From assembly GCF_006345805.1 (NCBI RefSeq), contig NC_043002.1:12648001-12712000 (forward strand): a stretch of DNA of 64,000 nt, read 5' to 3'. The notes under the pieces were generated by a model. That model saw only the letters and a list, made by a program, of their open reading frames with translations, was not told the origin of the DNA and ran no database searches. Each line of letters begins with the position of its first letter. Positions within the stretch are counted from its first letter, which is position 1. Origin of the DNA: Octopus sinensis (Eukaryota). Of the stretch, positions 23,248-37,600 are shown piece after piece. The position numbers and the translations under genes are program-made.

Positions 23248-26200
23248 TCAGTTACGATTTACGACGCCATCTTTGTTTACATTCTGAGAATAACTTTCTT
23301 TCAACTTCTGTTTTGCTTTCAATCTATCTTTCATTTTATCTCTATAAAACTAATATTTAAAAATTATTTTCATATGTTTATTTTCATGTAAGCTACGACT
23401 GAGCTAGAAATATAATCGTAATTTTATCGTAATTTCATTCTATCTCTATAAAACTAATATTTAAAAATCGTTTTCATTTGTTTATTTTCCTGTAATTTAA
23501 GCTTACGACTGAGAAATATAAGAGCATGGACAATTGCTAGTGGTGCTCCACCGAACAACATCATCACTGCCGCGCTAAACAACAATGGATTTCATAGAAC
23601 CATTGACCAAATAGAGCGAAAGAAAGGTGAATTTATCCGGTCTTACATGCTTGTAAGACCACACATCAAAACATTGGATAACATAATTGAAAAGTATTGT
23701 GGCAAGGCTGATGGGGATGAAGAGAACGAAAAGGAGAAGGAAGCCGGAAGTCTGTGTGATCCAGGAGTTCCTCAGGAAAATGGATCACCTACCTCGGTGA
23801 CCGACCAGCTAGTGAAGGATAGGGCAGCCAAGCGAGCAGAAACCGGAAGCCCCCCTGTACAAGTGGTCCAACAAAGAAATGAGAAATTAGAAAAACAGAA
23901 GAAAAAAGGAAGGACCGAAAACAAAAATAAGGAGGGAAAGGGAAGAAAAGGAAAAACGACCAAAGCTGAAACCCCGACCCACCACACAAACAGCAGAGAA
24001 CCCCATGTGGGATCCAATGCCACCCAGTACACTTCAGGAAAGAAGAAACCTGGAAGGCACCGAAGAACCTGTAGATTCTACCTGCGGGGCAAATGTTGGC
24101 ATGGGGAGGACGGCAAAATCTGCCGGTTCGCTCACCCGACAGCCCGCCAGAACTTCAGGGGACACAAAGAAAAAAGCTTTACTGAGGGAAGTCAAGAAAT
24201 GTCTCCCAGGAAAACTTTCAAAAAAGAAGTGCGCTCCTCAGATGTTCTGCGCAACGCAGCAGCTGACCAAGAGTCTTTTTTATGCATGGCACAAAGAATT
24301 GTCCAGTAGCTAACCTGGCTACACCAAGCACAGAGAAGGAACCCTGCCACCACTATGCAAGACCACCACAGTCAACAGACAATGGATGGCCTATTGCATC
24401 AAAGTAGAAACAAAATTTCTTTCCTGAGAGATCTTACTGCATGCAATCAAGCCCTATGCATAGCACTCGTGGAAACTCACCTCAGCCCTGATATAGAAGA
24501 CGCAGATGTACACATACCAAACTATGCTATACTGCGAACAGACAGAAGGGAAAGGAGCCATGGTGGAGTTGCTGTATGCATTCGAGATGGCCTGACACCC
24601 CAGGTCTTAATGACATACTCAAATTCGATATGTGACACTCTAATTGTATACATAAGACAACATAATATAGTCATATGCAATACATATTGCCCACCGGATG
24701 CCCCAAATCACATAGGCAAGTTTGAAGTTTGCCTCACAAGAATTAAAGAAATCCTCATGAATTTGGAACACCACGTGACCATATTTCTTACGGTTGATTT
24801 CAACTTTCCCAACGTCAAATGGCCTGAAGGTCTCATACTCTCAGGAATTAATCATTGCAAGCAAGTATAGGTAGAGTCCCTGCTCAACGTCACCAACGCC
24901 TTATTCATGGATCAATTTGTACTCAAACCAACTAGGGCGAATAACATTCTGGATCTCTGCTTCACGAACAATATGGACATCATTCATGATGTGAAAGTGA
25001 CACCGACATTAGTTTCGGATCACAACATAATAGAGCTGTCTATGTTTGGGCCAAAAGTAACCAGAGACATACAGCCTAAAGGAAGCACCCGAAATCTCTC
25101 CAGTCTGAACATCCACAAAGAAGATTGGAAATCGATCCAAAAAGAGATTCTCAGAGAGGACTGGCCGGAACGTCTCTCAACACCAGACATTGACATGAAA
25201 CTAGAATTTTTTATGTCTTCTGTGCAACCTGTATGCCAGAAATATGTCCCAGAGCACAAGGCCAAAACAAATAGGAGCAAGATTCCAAGAGACAGGAAGA
25301 TCCTCATAAGACGACGGACGAAAGTTGCAAATCGTCTCAACCAACATCCCAAAATAGCGAAACGTCCCGCCTAAAAACAACACTGATGGAGGTTGAAAAA
25401 AGGCTGCAACAATCCTACGTGAGGGAGAAAGCAGACAAAGAAGCCTAGGTTATAAAAATCATTAAATCCGACCCAAAGGCCTTCTTTCATTTCGCGAAAG
25501 AAACAGTCTCAGTGCACTACAAGATAGGACCCCTCCTCCAAAAGGATGACTCCCTCACAGACAGTCCAACTAAGATCAGTGAGATGCTGAATGACCAGTT
25601 CAAAAGTGTCTTTACCACCCCGTTGGAACACAGACAAGTGAACGAAACAGTGGACGTCTTTGCTGCCTCACCTATAAACAGAGAGGCAGTTACAATAGAA
25701 TGTTTTGACATTAGTGAAAAAGATGTCCTACTAGCCATAGATGGAGTGGACACAAACTCAACTGCTGTCCAGATGGTTTCCCAGCAATCCTCCTCAAAGC
25801 GTGTAAGCATGCCCTGGCAAAACCCCTCAAGATTCTCTTCCAGAACTTTCTTGCGAATGGCAAACTGCCAAGCAAGCTGAAGGAGGGAATAATATGCCCA
25901 ATACATAAACGGGGAAGTAGAGCAGATGCCAAAAACTATAGGCCTATCTCTCTGACTTCACACATCAGCAAAGTCATGGAAAGGATAGTCAGAAAGAAAC
26001 TAATCGCATTCCTTGAGGAAAATAACTTGCTGAGTGATGCCCAGCATGGTTTTCGACCAGGTAGGAGCTGCCTGACCAAGCTCTTACAACATTAATACTG
26101 GATTTTGAGGCAGTTACTCAACAAATCAAATGTGGACGTAATCTACCTTGATTTTGCAAAAGCTTTTGACAAGGTGGATCATGGTATGATATGCCACAAA

Positions 26201-27384
26201 CTGCGTGACCTCGGCATAGATGGAAAACTTGGAGTGTGGTTACATGATTTCCTTAAAGATAGGAGTCAGGCAGTAGTGGTTAATGGAGCAACCTCTATGA
26301 ACACACAAATAGTGAGCGGTGTTCCACAGGGCACTGTCTTGGTACCACTGCTTTTTATAGTGGCCCTCTCAGATATGCCCTCAAATGCCCGGATGGCCAC
26401 TCTGGCAAGCTATACAGATGATACAAAATTCTCGCAGAAAATACAGAACCCCAGCGATGTTGCACAACTGCAGCAGGAGTTGGACTAGATCTACAGATGA
26501 GCTGAGGATAATAATATGCAGTTTAATGCTGAAAAATTCCAGGCTCTGCGCTACGAGCATCCAAAACTGAGTATTAAACTTACAGGATACACCGCTCCAC
26601 AGGGAATTTCAATCCCAGAGCCTAAGTCTGTGAGGGACCTGGGTATCGACATAAGTGATGATACCTCTTTCCAAGTGCACATTACCAGGATGGCGACAAA
26701 GTGCAGAAGACTGGCTGGATAGATCCTAAGAACATTCAGAACCAGAGATGAAGAAACAATGATGGCCCTCTGGCGGACATTCGTGCTCAGCCGCCTGGAT
26801 ATCTGCTCACAGCTATGGTCACCCACCAGTATAAAATTAACAGCGGACCTTGAAGCAATCCAAAGAAGATTCACAAAGAAGATTGTCTCTTTCGACCAGC
26901 TGAGCTACTGGGAAAGTTTAAATCAGCTAAGACTCTACTCCCTGGAGAGAAAACGGGAGAGGTATGCAGTAATATACGTCTGGAAGATCCTGGAAGGAAT
27001 TGTGACAAATTTTGGCATTGTAAGCTTCACCAATGCTAGAACGGGTCGACACTGCATAGTGCAAAGATCCCAGCAATGCCATCACGCTTCAGGACCAGCT
27101 TCTGCAACAGCCTGGGTTTCAAGGACCCACAGCTTTTTAATATTCTGCCAAAGAGTCTGAGGAACTTGCACAAAGTAGATGTAGCGGACTTTAAATCAAA
27201 GCTGGACATCTTCCTGTCGAGAGTCCCAGATAACCCTACCTCACGGCAAGAGGTGCAAATGAGAGTAGCTATGTCAAACTCCATTCTTTACGAAGTGCCA
27301 CATATTAGAGGGGGTTCTTCGTAATAACAGTGTAGCACAAAACGGCGGTGCATCAGCATGGCCGCAGATCTGAGCTGAAAGAAG

Positions 27385-27390
<6 letters not shown>
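23248..27390 (+). mobile_element. Near full-length CR1-group LINE (ORF1 with CCCH finger; ORF2 APE+RT), inactivated, in intron 1 of gene B
   Basis: APE motifs IALVETHL, RTDR..RSHGGV, DFNFP, SDHN; RT motifs YLDFAKAFDKVDH, SGVPQGTVL, YTDDTK; multiple stops and frameshifts; 5' boundary approximate. Confidence 0.88.
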
Positions 27391-27432
<42 letters not shown>

Positions 27433-27438
27433 ACACAC

Positions 27439-27571
<133 letters not shown>

Positions 27572-27616
27572 GTATATATATATATATATAATATATATAT
27601 ATATATATAATATATG

Positions 27617-27676
<60 letters not shown>

Positions 27677-27678
27677 TA

Positions 27679-27722
<44 letters not shown>

Positions 27723-27928
27723 GTATATATATATATGGAGAGAGAGAGAGATCGTTAGCTACTACACACATTTAATTCATTCTATGTTTTTTTTCTATGT
27801 CCCTTTCTGAATAAGAGCGTAGGCTCGAAACCGTTAAACACATTTTCTATTCCTGAGTGTTATACTAATACATCTGTTTGTTTGTACATGACCTGTCTTC
27901 GTCTTTTGTTTTTTTCGTAAACTCTCGT

Positions 27929-27971
<43 letters not shown>

Positions 27972-27989
27972 TAATAATAATAATGATAA

Positions 27990-28546
27990 TAAATGCCCTG
28001 ATGCAGTACCAGGAAGTGTTTCTCTTGGCTTCTGATCTTAACTGATTGGAAGTGTTATCATGTTCATTGTTTTGTCTTGGTATAAAAGATGGGCTACAGC
28101 AAATATTCTGCTCAATACCACAGATTTGCTTTTCAGTTGTTTGACCTTAACCAGTTGAGCATGTCCCTTAGTGGCTGACGATATGTGCATCTCTGATCAC
28201 GAGCAGAAGTAGTGGGGGAGCATCATAGCCATGTGTTGAGAGGGATTCTTCGGGGTTTGAATAATTCACCTCTGGAAACATGGGTGGTTCTTTCAACATC
28301 CTTAAACAACCCTTATTCAGGGACCTTTTGAGCGGGATGGGCTACTCAACCTGAAGAAAATTCTAACTGGGCCCCACCTGCAAGGTCATGTGCAGTTTAT
28401 CTTGATATGAGATCACCATGTCGCGCACATATGGTTGTGATGCATGTGCCTGGTGTACCCTTATCAGACGGGTAGTCATGATGGGTATATTGGGCTTCGT
28501 ATATTTTACCCGTGTCTCTTTGATGGCATGAACTGCTCTTTCACTC

Positions 28547-28550
<4 letters not shown>
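27990..28550. repeat. Interspersed repeat nested in (TAA)n
   Basis: ~560-bp non-coding block bounded on both sides by long TAA runs; family not identified. Confidence 0.4.
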
Positions 28551-28610
<60 letters not shown>

Positions 28611-28627
28611 TAATGATAATAATAATG

Positions 28628-28680
<53 letters not shown>

Positions 28681-28682
<2 letters not shown>

Positions 28683-28925
28683 AAGATAGTGCGCATGGGA
28701 ACTGCTCATATCCTACGCAAAATACTTTTTATGTAATCTCAAGTTTTAACACAAACAATTTTCGTATGGTTTTTTAGGTATTCACTAGTACAACACTAAC
28801 TGCAAAACCAAATATATGGAACCCTAGGCATAACACCAACACGAACTTCCAACTTGTTGTCTCTTGAGGTCTCTGGGTAAGAATTGGAGCCAGCTTGTGC
28901 AAATGTAAAGCAAAAGTCAAACATA

Positions 28926-28927
<2 letters not shown>
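28681..28927 (+). mobile_element. R4/Dong-like LINE extreme 3' end
   Basis: KIVRMGTAHILRKIL C-terminal motif, 3' UTR, ends in (TAA)n. Confidence 0.6.
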
Positions 28928-28996
<69 letters not shown>

Positions 28997-29019
28997 GTAA
29001 TAGTAATAGTAATAAAAAT

Positions 29020-29081
<62 letters not shown>

Positions 29082-29082
29082 G

Positions 29083-29430
<348 letters not shown>

Positions 29431-29665
29431 TAATAATAACAATAATAATAATAATAATAATAATAATGATAACCCTTTCTACTCTAAGCACAAAGCCTGG
29501 AATTTTGGGGGAGGGTCCAGTCGATTAGACTGACCTCAGTACACAACTGGTACTTACTTTTTCGACCCCGAAAGGATGAAAGGCATAGTCGACCTCGGCG
29601 GATTTTGAACTCAGAATAGATGAAATTCCACTTCGCATTTTGCCCGGCGTGCTGACAGGATCTAG

Positions 29666-30842
29666 GATGCATCACCCAAAATCTAACATACAAAGGCTAT
29701 ATATACAACGTGTAGAAGGTGGTAGAGGCCTTATACAGCTGGAAAACTACTATAAAATAACGACCATAGGACTGCAATAATATCTACTTCAGAAGGAAGG
29801 AAAACTGATACAAATAGTGGCAAAACACGAGCAAAACAAAAAACAGTTCTCAGTATTTAGGGAAGCTGACAAATACAAACAAGAAATCATACCACCTAAC
29901 AAATATGAAAAAGAAGAAAATGAAGAAACAACAAAAGCTATAAAACAATTGAAATCCAAACTAAAAATAGAACAGCAACGAACCATGCTAAAACGATGGC
30001 AAAAAAAGCCCCTTCGTGGCAAATACTGGACTAAACTAAATGCAAAAGAAATAGACAAAGAAAAGTCCCAGCAATGGTTGAGAAGCTCAGGACTCAAAGC
30101 AGAGACAGAAGGATTTTTAATTGCAACACAAGACCAAAGCCTCCCCACCAGAAATTACAAAAAACATGTAATGAAAAGAAATATTACAAGTAACTGCAGA
30201 ATGTGTGGAGATGGACAAGAAACAATAAATCATTTTATCTCTGGCTGCCCAGTCCTGGCTAAGAAGTAATATATTCACAGACACGACAGAGTTGGGACCT
30301 ACATACACTGGAAGCTATGCCAAAATTATGTAATAACAACAGAAAAAAGATGGTATAGGCACACACCAGAAAAGGTCACAGAAAACGAGAAAGCAACCAT
30401 ACTTTGGGATATGCCAATACACACAGATAGAGAAATTAAGGCCAACAGACCATATATAGTTGTCAGAGATCATGAAGAAAGAAATGCTTTCTAATTGTTG
30501 TGTCAATACCAGCAGATGACAACGTATCTCTAAAAGAAATGGAGAAACTTTCAAAATACAATGACCTGGAAATAGAGGTAACCAGAATGTGGAAACTAAA
30601 AACAGAAACAATACCTATCATAACAGGTGCATTAGGCATGATAAAAAATATAGCAAAAACACCAGGACTTACAAACACATATATATACAGAAATTTCACT
30701 ACTAGGCACTGCACACATCCTACGCAGAACACTTTCAATACAGTAACCATCAGAGCGCCACAAATCACATCACATACCCAAGGCACACAGAGCTGCGCTC
30801 GGTAGTGAAGTGAAAGCACGCTACAAAAATAAAATTACTGAG
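29666..30842 (+). mobile_element. R4/Dong-clade LINE 3' part (CCHC finger + restriction-like endonuclease)
   Basis: HPKSNIQRLY...GGRGL; CRMCGDGQETINHFISGC...HRHDRV; ILWDMPIHTD..IKANRP.IVV; EKLSKY.DL; LGTAHILRR; ends in TAA repeats ~50 bp from the exon 1 donor; truncated copy at ~45170-45652. Confidence 0.85.
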
Positions 30843-30891
30843 TAATAATAATAATAGCAATAATGATATATATATAGATAAAGAAACTTAC

Positions 30892-31168
30892 CGAATCTTC
30901 CTCCATAAACTGGTCGGTCGCAGTCATCATATTGGCTGTTCCGCCACACACAGACTTGTTGAGATTGAGAAAACACAGTTTGTTTACCACATGCCATCGG
31001 TCGGGGAAACATAGCATTACATAAGTAGAATTCACTGCAGTTACTTGGGGATCGGACAAAATGTGATCCGGCTCTAACTTGTGTCTGCTGACACAGAGTC
31101 ATGATACTTTGACTGTAGACTGTTGACACTGCGATCAAGAGAATGGCGGCCACAAAACGGAACTCCAT
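30892..31168 (-). CDS. Chitin-binding protein gene B, coding exon 1 (signal peptide + CBM14 domain 1)
   Basis: MEFRFVAAILLIAVSTVYSQ leader, 6-Cys domain, donor G|GTAAGT, 277 nt; 63/92 aa identical to gene A exon 1 by hand count. Confidence 0.9.
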
Positions 31169-31288
31169 TGTTGTAATTTTATCAATTATAAAATCAAACG
31201 AGAGTTAAGACGAATGGCTTGCAAAAACGCTATCACAACAGAATAGTAACCTTCTGTAAATGTGACTCAGATCCCTTCGAGTTAGCTT

Positions 31289-31296
31289 CTTATATA
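31289..31296 (-). promoter_or_regulatory. TATA box of gene B
   Basis: TATATAAG ~120 nt upstream of the ATG, with an Inr-like TCACATT ~30 nt downstream. Confidence 0.6.
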
Positions 31297-31617
31297 GGCC
31301 TTAAATAGGGTTAGGGTGAGGTTTTGAATTAGAATTAGGTAGTAATTCAGGTTCTTTTTTTAAAATTGATCTAATATTTGGTCTTACTTCTTCAAGCTAA
31401 CAAGCATCCGCCCAACGACTGTATTAGGCAACTAATTTATGTGCGTTGTCATTGTTGTAGTTGTTGACGTTGTTGTTATTTTCCTTCTCCCCCTCCTCCT
31501 CCGCTTCCTTCCACCTTCAGATTAGTCATCAGTTATGTCAATGGTGATGAAGGAGATGGCCTTAGCGTCTTTTGGTAGCTATTATTCTCTTACAATTGAC
31601 ACTACATACATACATGC

Positions 31618-31701
<84 letters not shown>

Positions 31702-31936
31702 ATGTGTTCATACATATATATATATATATATAATTATACAAATATAAATGTATATAAATACATATATATATATTAATATATCTATAACATAGATAAAATA
31801 GTTGCCTGTATTTATATACATATATGCTTATATATGCATGTAAATATTAATATATATGTATATATATATATGTATATAAACAAATAAATCTATGTAAATA
31901 TATATATACATATATATAGATATGTATATACACACA

Positions 31937-31977
<41 letters not shown>

Positions 31978-32014
31978 GTGTATATATATATATATATATA
32001 CATACACACTCACG

Positions 32015-32079
<65 letters not shown>

Positions 32080-32576
32080 GCACGTATAAAATAGACTTTA
32101 ATTGAAATACAGTTTCCCGGAAATTATACATATCTAATGTAATAAATGTGAATGTCAGTGTGTCACGCTTTTTCAACTTTAATAAATCTTTTCTACGTCA
32201 AGAACATGGATTCAAATTTTTCGGCAAGGGATTAGGTTTATTCCATCAACCCCAATGCGTAACAGGTACTTATTTAATCGACCCCTAAAGGATGAACGGC
32301 AAAGTTGACCTCGGTGGATTTCGAACGCAAAACCTAACGGCAGCCCGCTGGCTAAGCGAGCAGGCCAACAGATGAAAGAGTGGGAGAATGAGTGGTGAAA
32401 GAGTACAGCAAGGATCACCACCCCTACCGGAGCCTCGTGGAGCTTTTTAGGTGTTTTCGCTCAATAAACACACACAACGCCCGGTCTGGGAATCGAAACC
32501 GCGAGCCTGCGACAGTGTGTCCACTGCCCTAACCACTAGGCCATTGCGCCTCCACATATATTTATATATATATGTA

Positions 32577-35500
32577 TAAGAAAGTTGGTTTGTGAAAGCA
32601 CGTGGTTGAATATATAGAAAATTGTAAAAAGTGAAAAAACTACAGAAGGCTAAAAGGTTAAAAAGTATATATTTGAGTCAATATGTCTGAAGAATATTAA
32701 AAATTTTATTCCTACAATGACATAATTTAGAAGAAAGACCGGTTTCGCGTTTAGCTATTCAAATTTCTTACGAACAACCTAAATCACTTAAAAGATTCTC
32801 ACAAAGGCAAAATTGTTTTCTGAAATTACGGATGCAAAAGTAAAAAAATGTGGTAGATCGAACCGTGCAACATGTCCAAACCTGCTAGAAGGATCAGAAT
32901 TCCTCTTTAAAGAGGGACAGAAATTCAAGATCAAATCTAACATTACTTGTTCCTCTGAAAACATTATTTATGTCATAAAATGCTCGGACTGCCACCAAGA
33001 CTACGTGGGATCCACGGGACTATCACTCAAACGTAGATGCACACTGCATCGACAACAGATTGCATTCCCAGAATACAGAATGATACCTTTTAGTGAGCAC
33101 ATTGAGAAATGCGCAAAGCAACTACTACCACAATTTTTAATCTTTCCATTTTACCAATGTGCTATCGGATCATCAACACAAATTAGACTAAACAAGGAAA
33201 CATTCTTCATTGAAAAGTACAAGCCCAGACTTAACCATCCCAACATACTGATACAGAGAAATTCACACCAAGGGAAACGAAAAAATTTTAAAGCGATTAT
33301 CTCCCTTACACCGGAAGAAATCACTCATTACCTCCCCTTATTTAGAACTCTTTTAAACATAAACATAACGATAACTCTGTTCAACATAAACATAACGTCG
33401 TAAGAAATTTGAAAAGCTAAACGCGAAACCGGTCTTTCTTCTAAATTATGTCATTGTACGAAAAAATTTTTTAATATTCTTCAGACATATTGACTCAAAT
33501 ATATATTTTTTAACCTTTAAGCCTTCTGTAGTTTTTTCACTTTTTACTATTTTCTATATATTCAACCACGTGCTTTCACAAACCATCTTTCTTATCTATA
33601 TATTAAACACGTGAGACCGAAAATGCCACAGAAGACCAACACCTCGGATAAAACTACAAATAAGGAAATACTCAAAGAACTGAAAAATATTAATACACAG
33701 CTCATTACACTGAACAACAAAATCGAGCAATCAAACCTACTCGCCCGGGAAAGTAAAAGCAGTGAAGATACAACTCGCTACACTGACCAGGTTAGTAAGG
33801 ATTTGCAACTGTTATACACAACACTAAATTCAATTTTCATCAACAAATCCGAAAATAAAAAACACACACCAAATGAAACACAGCAGGACATCATACGCAC
33901 CCAAATTAACCCAGCAAAAAGAAAAATAAGAAACATTTGGAATACAAACCTGCACAATAGAAAACTCGCCTTCTGGAACATGATAACAAATTCCAACAAA
34001 GCAGATATATACGAGGGATGGATGAACTCAACACCAATTATCCTCCCACGCAAATTCCAGATAAAATTAATTCCTAACGAGCCTGACGGACAGAGAACTA
34101 TTAGGGAAAAGTCAGCTCTGTTCAATTTAAGATCAGAAATAGAGCTTCTAAGACTAAGGGCCTCCTCAAATGAGGAAAAATTTAAAAGCATCGACGAGGA
34201 GATGCACAATATAATACAAAAACATACCGAGGGACAACCCCTCGAAAATACGTTAGATCATTGGAACGATACCTGTGAAAAAGAAGAGAGAAATTCTCTC
34301 CTGCGCTGGGAGAAAAACATCGATTGCTTCCAAAAATATAGTTCAACTTTCAAAAATGAATTGGGTAAAATAATCCCTTCCTTAAGAAAATTACAAAAAA
34401 TAAAAAAGAAAAACCAAACAACCCACGAACAACCCCCAACTATCCTCCATACACTAAAAACAGAAATCACCCACAACCAACCTTTGCAAACCACGCAAGA
34501 CCTAACAGGGAACTAGCTGACAGACGACGCGTCTATGAAATAAATTACACCAAAACCAGAACACACCAACAACATCCTAACACCAGACCCAACCACCATA
34601 TAGCACAAAACGACACTAGAATAAGAAATACACCACACACAAGTCGCTACTACCCCATGAACCAAAATCACTGGCCCCCACTGAACACAAGACAAACGCA
34701 AAAAAACACTATGTCAAGCAACATCCCACATACAAGCAGTTCGAAACAAAAATATTTCACATACAGAAATTTTACACACACCACAAACAAAAACAACCAT
34801 AGATTCCCACACACACACAACGATCGGGGGCAACAATACCACCATTCCCCCGACCCAATATCACACAACCTCTCAGACAACTCATACAAACAAAATTATA
34901 CCCAACATTTTTTAGCCAGGGACCAGAGACTCCAGGACACAGGCTGGAACCTAGTAATAAGGAAATACCGAAGATAATCAATCTTTCAACCAAACCTCTT
35001 TCTAACATAAAAATTGACATCCTCTCAAAAGGGCTCAAATTTACACCAACTCCACGCAGAGCCAACCTAAATGAAATCAAGGATAATATAACAGAATTTC
35101 GCAGAAAATTAAGACTAGCAGAAGCATCAACCAGTTTCAATACAGAAGATGAATCACTAGTCAAGAACAAAAGTGAACACATCCCACACAGAGGAAGAAA
35201 TAAAGATCTTGACGAATTCTGTAACCACATTGAGAACTTTCCCTACCATACTATACATAAACAGAAAGTTAACTCAAATTTTAACACTACACAATGGAAG
35301 GAACTGATAGAACTTCAAAATGATGAGGATATAACCATTAAGGAAGCAGACAAGGGAAATGCAGTTGTAATAATGGATACATCATACTATAGACATCTTG
35401 TAATCTCTTTACTTGATGACGACCTACATTATGAAAAAATTCCCAACTACACCCCACAAAAAATAATGAAAAATCTATCTTCACTAATTAAAACCCATGA

Positions 35501-37517
35501 AAAGGAACTAACAACCAAAGAGATTGAGTTTCTAACAAATTTTAAATGCAAACCTAGCCTTTTCTATGATCTGCCAAAAATTCATAAAAGCCAAATTATA
35601 AATGAAACCATTAAAATATCACCAAAGACATACATACACACACCTAACCCGGGGGACCTAAAACTACGACCCATTGTAGCTGGCCCAACCTATGAAACAC
35701 ACAGACTAAGTCTATTTATGGACATCCTCCTGAAACCCTTCCTTAAACATATCGATAGCCATATCATAGAAGACTTAGATATGTTAAAACACCTTCCAAA
35801 AAAAGCCAAGGAAGAAACAATCCTGGTTTCATTTGTTGTAGTTAACTTATATACCAATATACCTCATAATTATGGACTAGAGGCAATACAGTCCTGGCTG
35901 GACCAATTTCCGGAAGAGATACCAAAAAGGATTAGTAAAGAATTCATTACTAAATCAATTGAATTCATCCTACGTAATAACTACTTCATGTTTGACAATA
36001 CATTTTACCGTCAAAAATCAGGAATTGCTATGGGTACAAGGGCAGCACCAGTCATTGCGAACCTAATAATGGGCTACATGGAAATAATCATTTACCAGGA
36101 ATCTTTATCAATCTTTGGAAACCCCCTTTCTCAATACATAAAAGAGAATTGGAAACGATTCTTAGACGATTGTTTTATACTCTGGAATGAAAACACAGAT
36201 AAACTCCTAAAATTTAAAAACCTATTGAACAGCATAAACCCAAATATACAGTTCACAATGGAATACAACCAAAAGGAGCTCCCGTTCTTGGAAATACTAA
36301 TTTAAAAAATTAACCTTAAAATAGAAACAGACATTTTTTACAAAGCCACAGACGCCAAACAATACCTTCTTTTTAATTCAAGCCACCCAAGACACACTAA
36401 AACAAACTTCCCCTTCAACCTTGCAAGAAGGATATGCACAATGGTGTCAGAACAAAATACCAGGAACTTTAGACTGCAAGAACTCAAAAATACCCTAATT
36501 GACAGACATTACCCAGCTCAACTCATAGAGGATGGGATCAGACGTGCAACAGAAATCAACATAGAATCTTTAAGAAAAGTTCAACACAACAACACACCTT
36601 CCCCGAAAATACTACCTTACATATCTACATACAACCGCAGAAACAAAGAAGCCTTCACCATCATCACCCAGAACTTAACAATACGTCATAAGGACCCCAA
36701 ATTAAAGGAAATTCTAAACATACACCAAATCATTAAAAGCTACAAACAACCTAAATCACTTAAAAAGATTCTCACAAAGGCAAAATTGTTTTCTGAAATT
36801 ACGGATGCAAAGTAAAATAATGTGGTAGATCGAACCGTGCAACATGTCCAAATCTGCTAGAAGGATCAGAATTCCTCTTTAAAGAGGGACAGAAATTCAA
36901 GATCAAATCTAACTTTACTTGTGCCTCTGAAAACATAATTTATGTCATAAAATGCTCGGGCTGCCACAAAGACTACGTGGGATCCACGGGACTATCACTC
37001 AGACGTAGATGCACACTGCATCGACAACAGATTGCATTCCCAGAATACAGAATGATACCTTTTAGTGAGCACATTGAGAAATGCGCAAAGCAACTACTAC
37101 CACAATTTTTAATCATTCCATTTTAACAATGTGCAATCGGATCATCAACACAAATTAGACTAAACAAGGAAACATTCTTCATTGAAAAGTACAAGCCCAG
37201 ACTTAACCATGCCAACATACTGAAACAGAGAAATTCACACCAAGGGAAAGGAAAAAAATTTAAGCGATTATCTCCCTTACACCGGAAGAAATCACTCATT
37301 ATCTCCCCTTATTTAGAACTCTTTTAAACATAAACATAACGATAACTCTGTTCAACATAAACATAACGTCATAAGAAATTTGAAAAGCTAAACGCGAAAC
37401 CGGTCTTTCTTCTAAACTATGTCATTGTAGGAAAAAAATGTTTAATATTCTTCAGACATATTGACTCAAATATATTTTTTTAACCTTTAAGCCTTCTGTA
37501 GATTTTACACATTTTAC

Positions 37518-37523
<6 letters not shown>
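32577..37523 (+). mobile_element. Penelope-like element: inverted pLTR + partial tandem (GIY-YIG end + pLTR) + full ORF region + pLTR; disrupted
   Basis: LSKGLKFTPTP, IKEADKG, NLYTNIP, GIAMGT, WKRFLDD RT motifs; GIY-YIG 'NIIYVIKC..C..DYVGST'; pLTR at ~33390-33600 and ~37360-37520, inverted at 32577-32772. Confidence 0.9.

Positions 37524-37600
<77 letters not shown>

Noticed and set aside
33611-34516. 301-aa ORF (and its copy at 48422-49327) as an independent gene
   Set aside because: It lies inside the Penelope element between the pLTR and RT; best read as the frameshifted N-terminal part of the element's ORF
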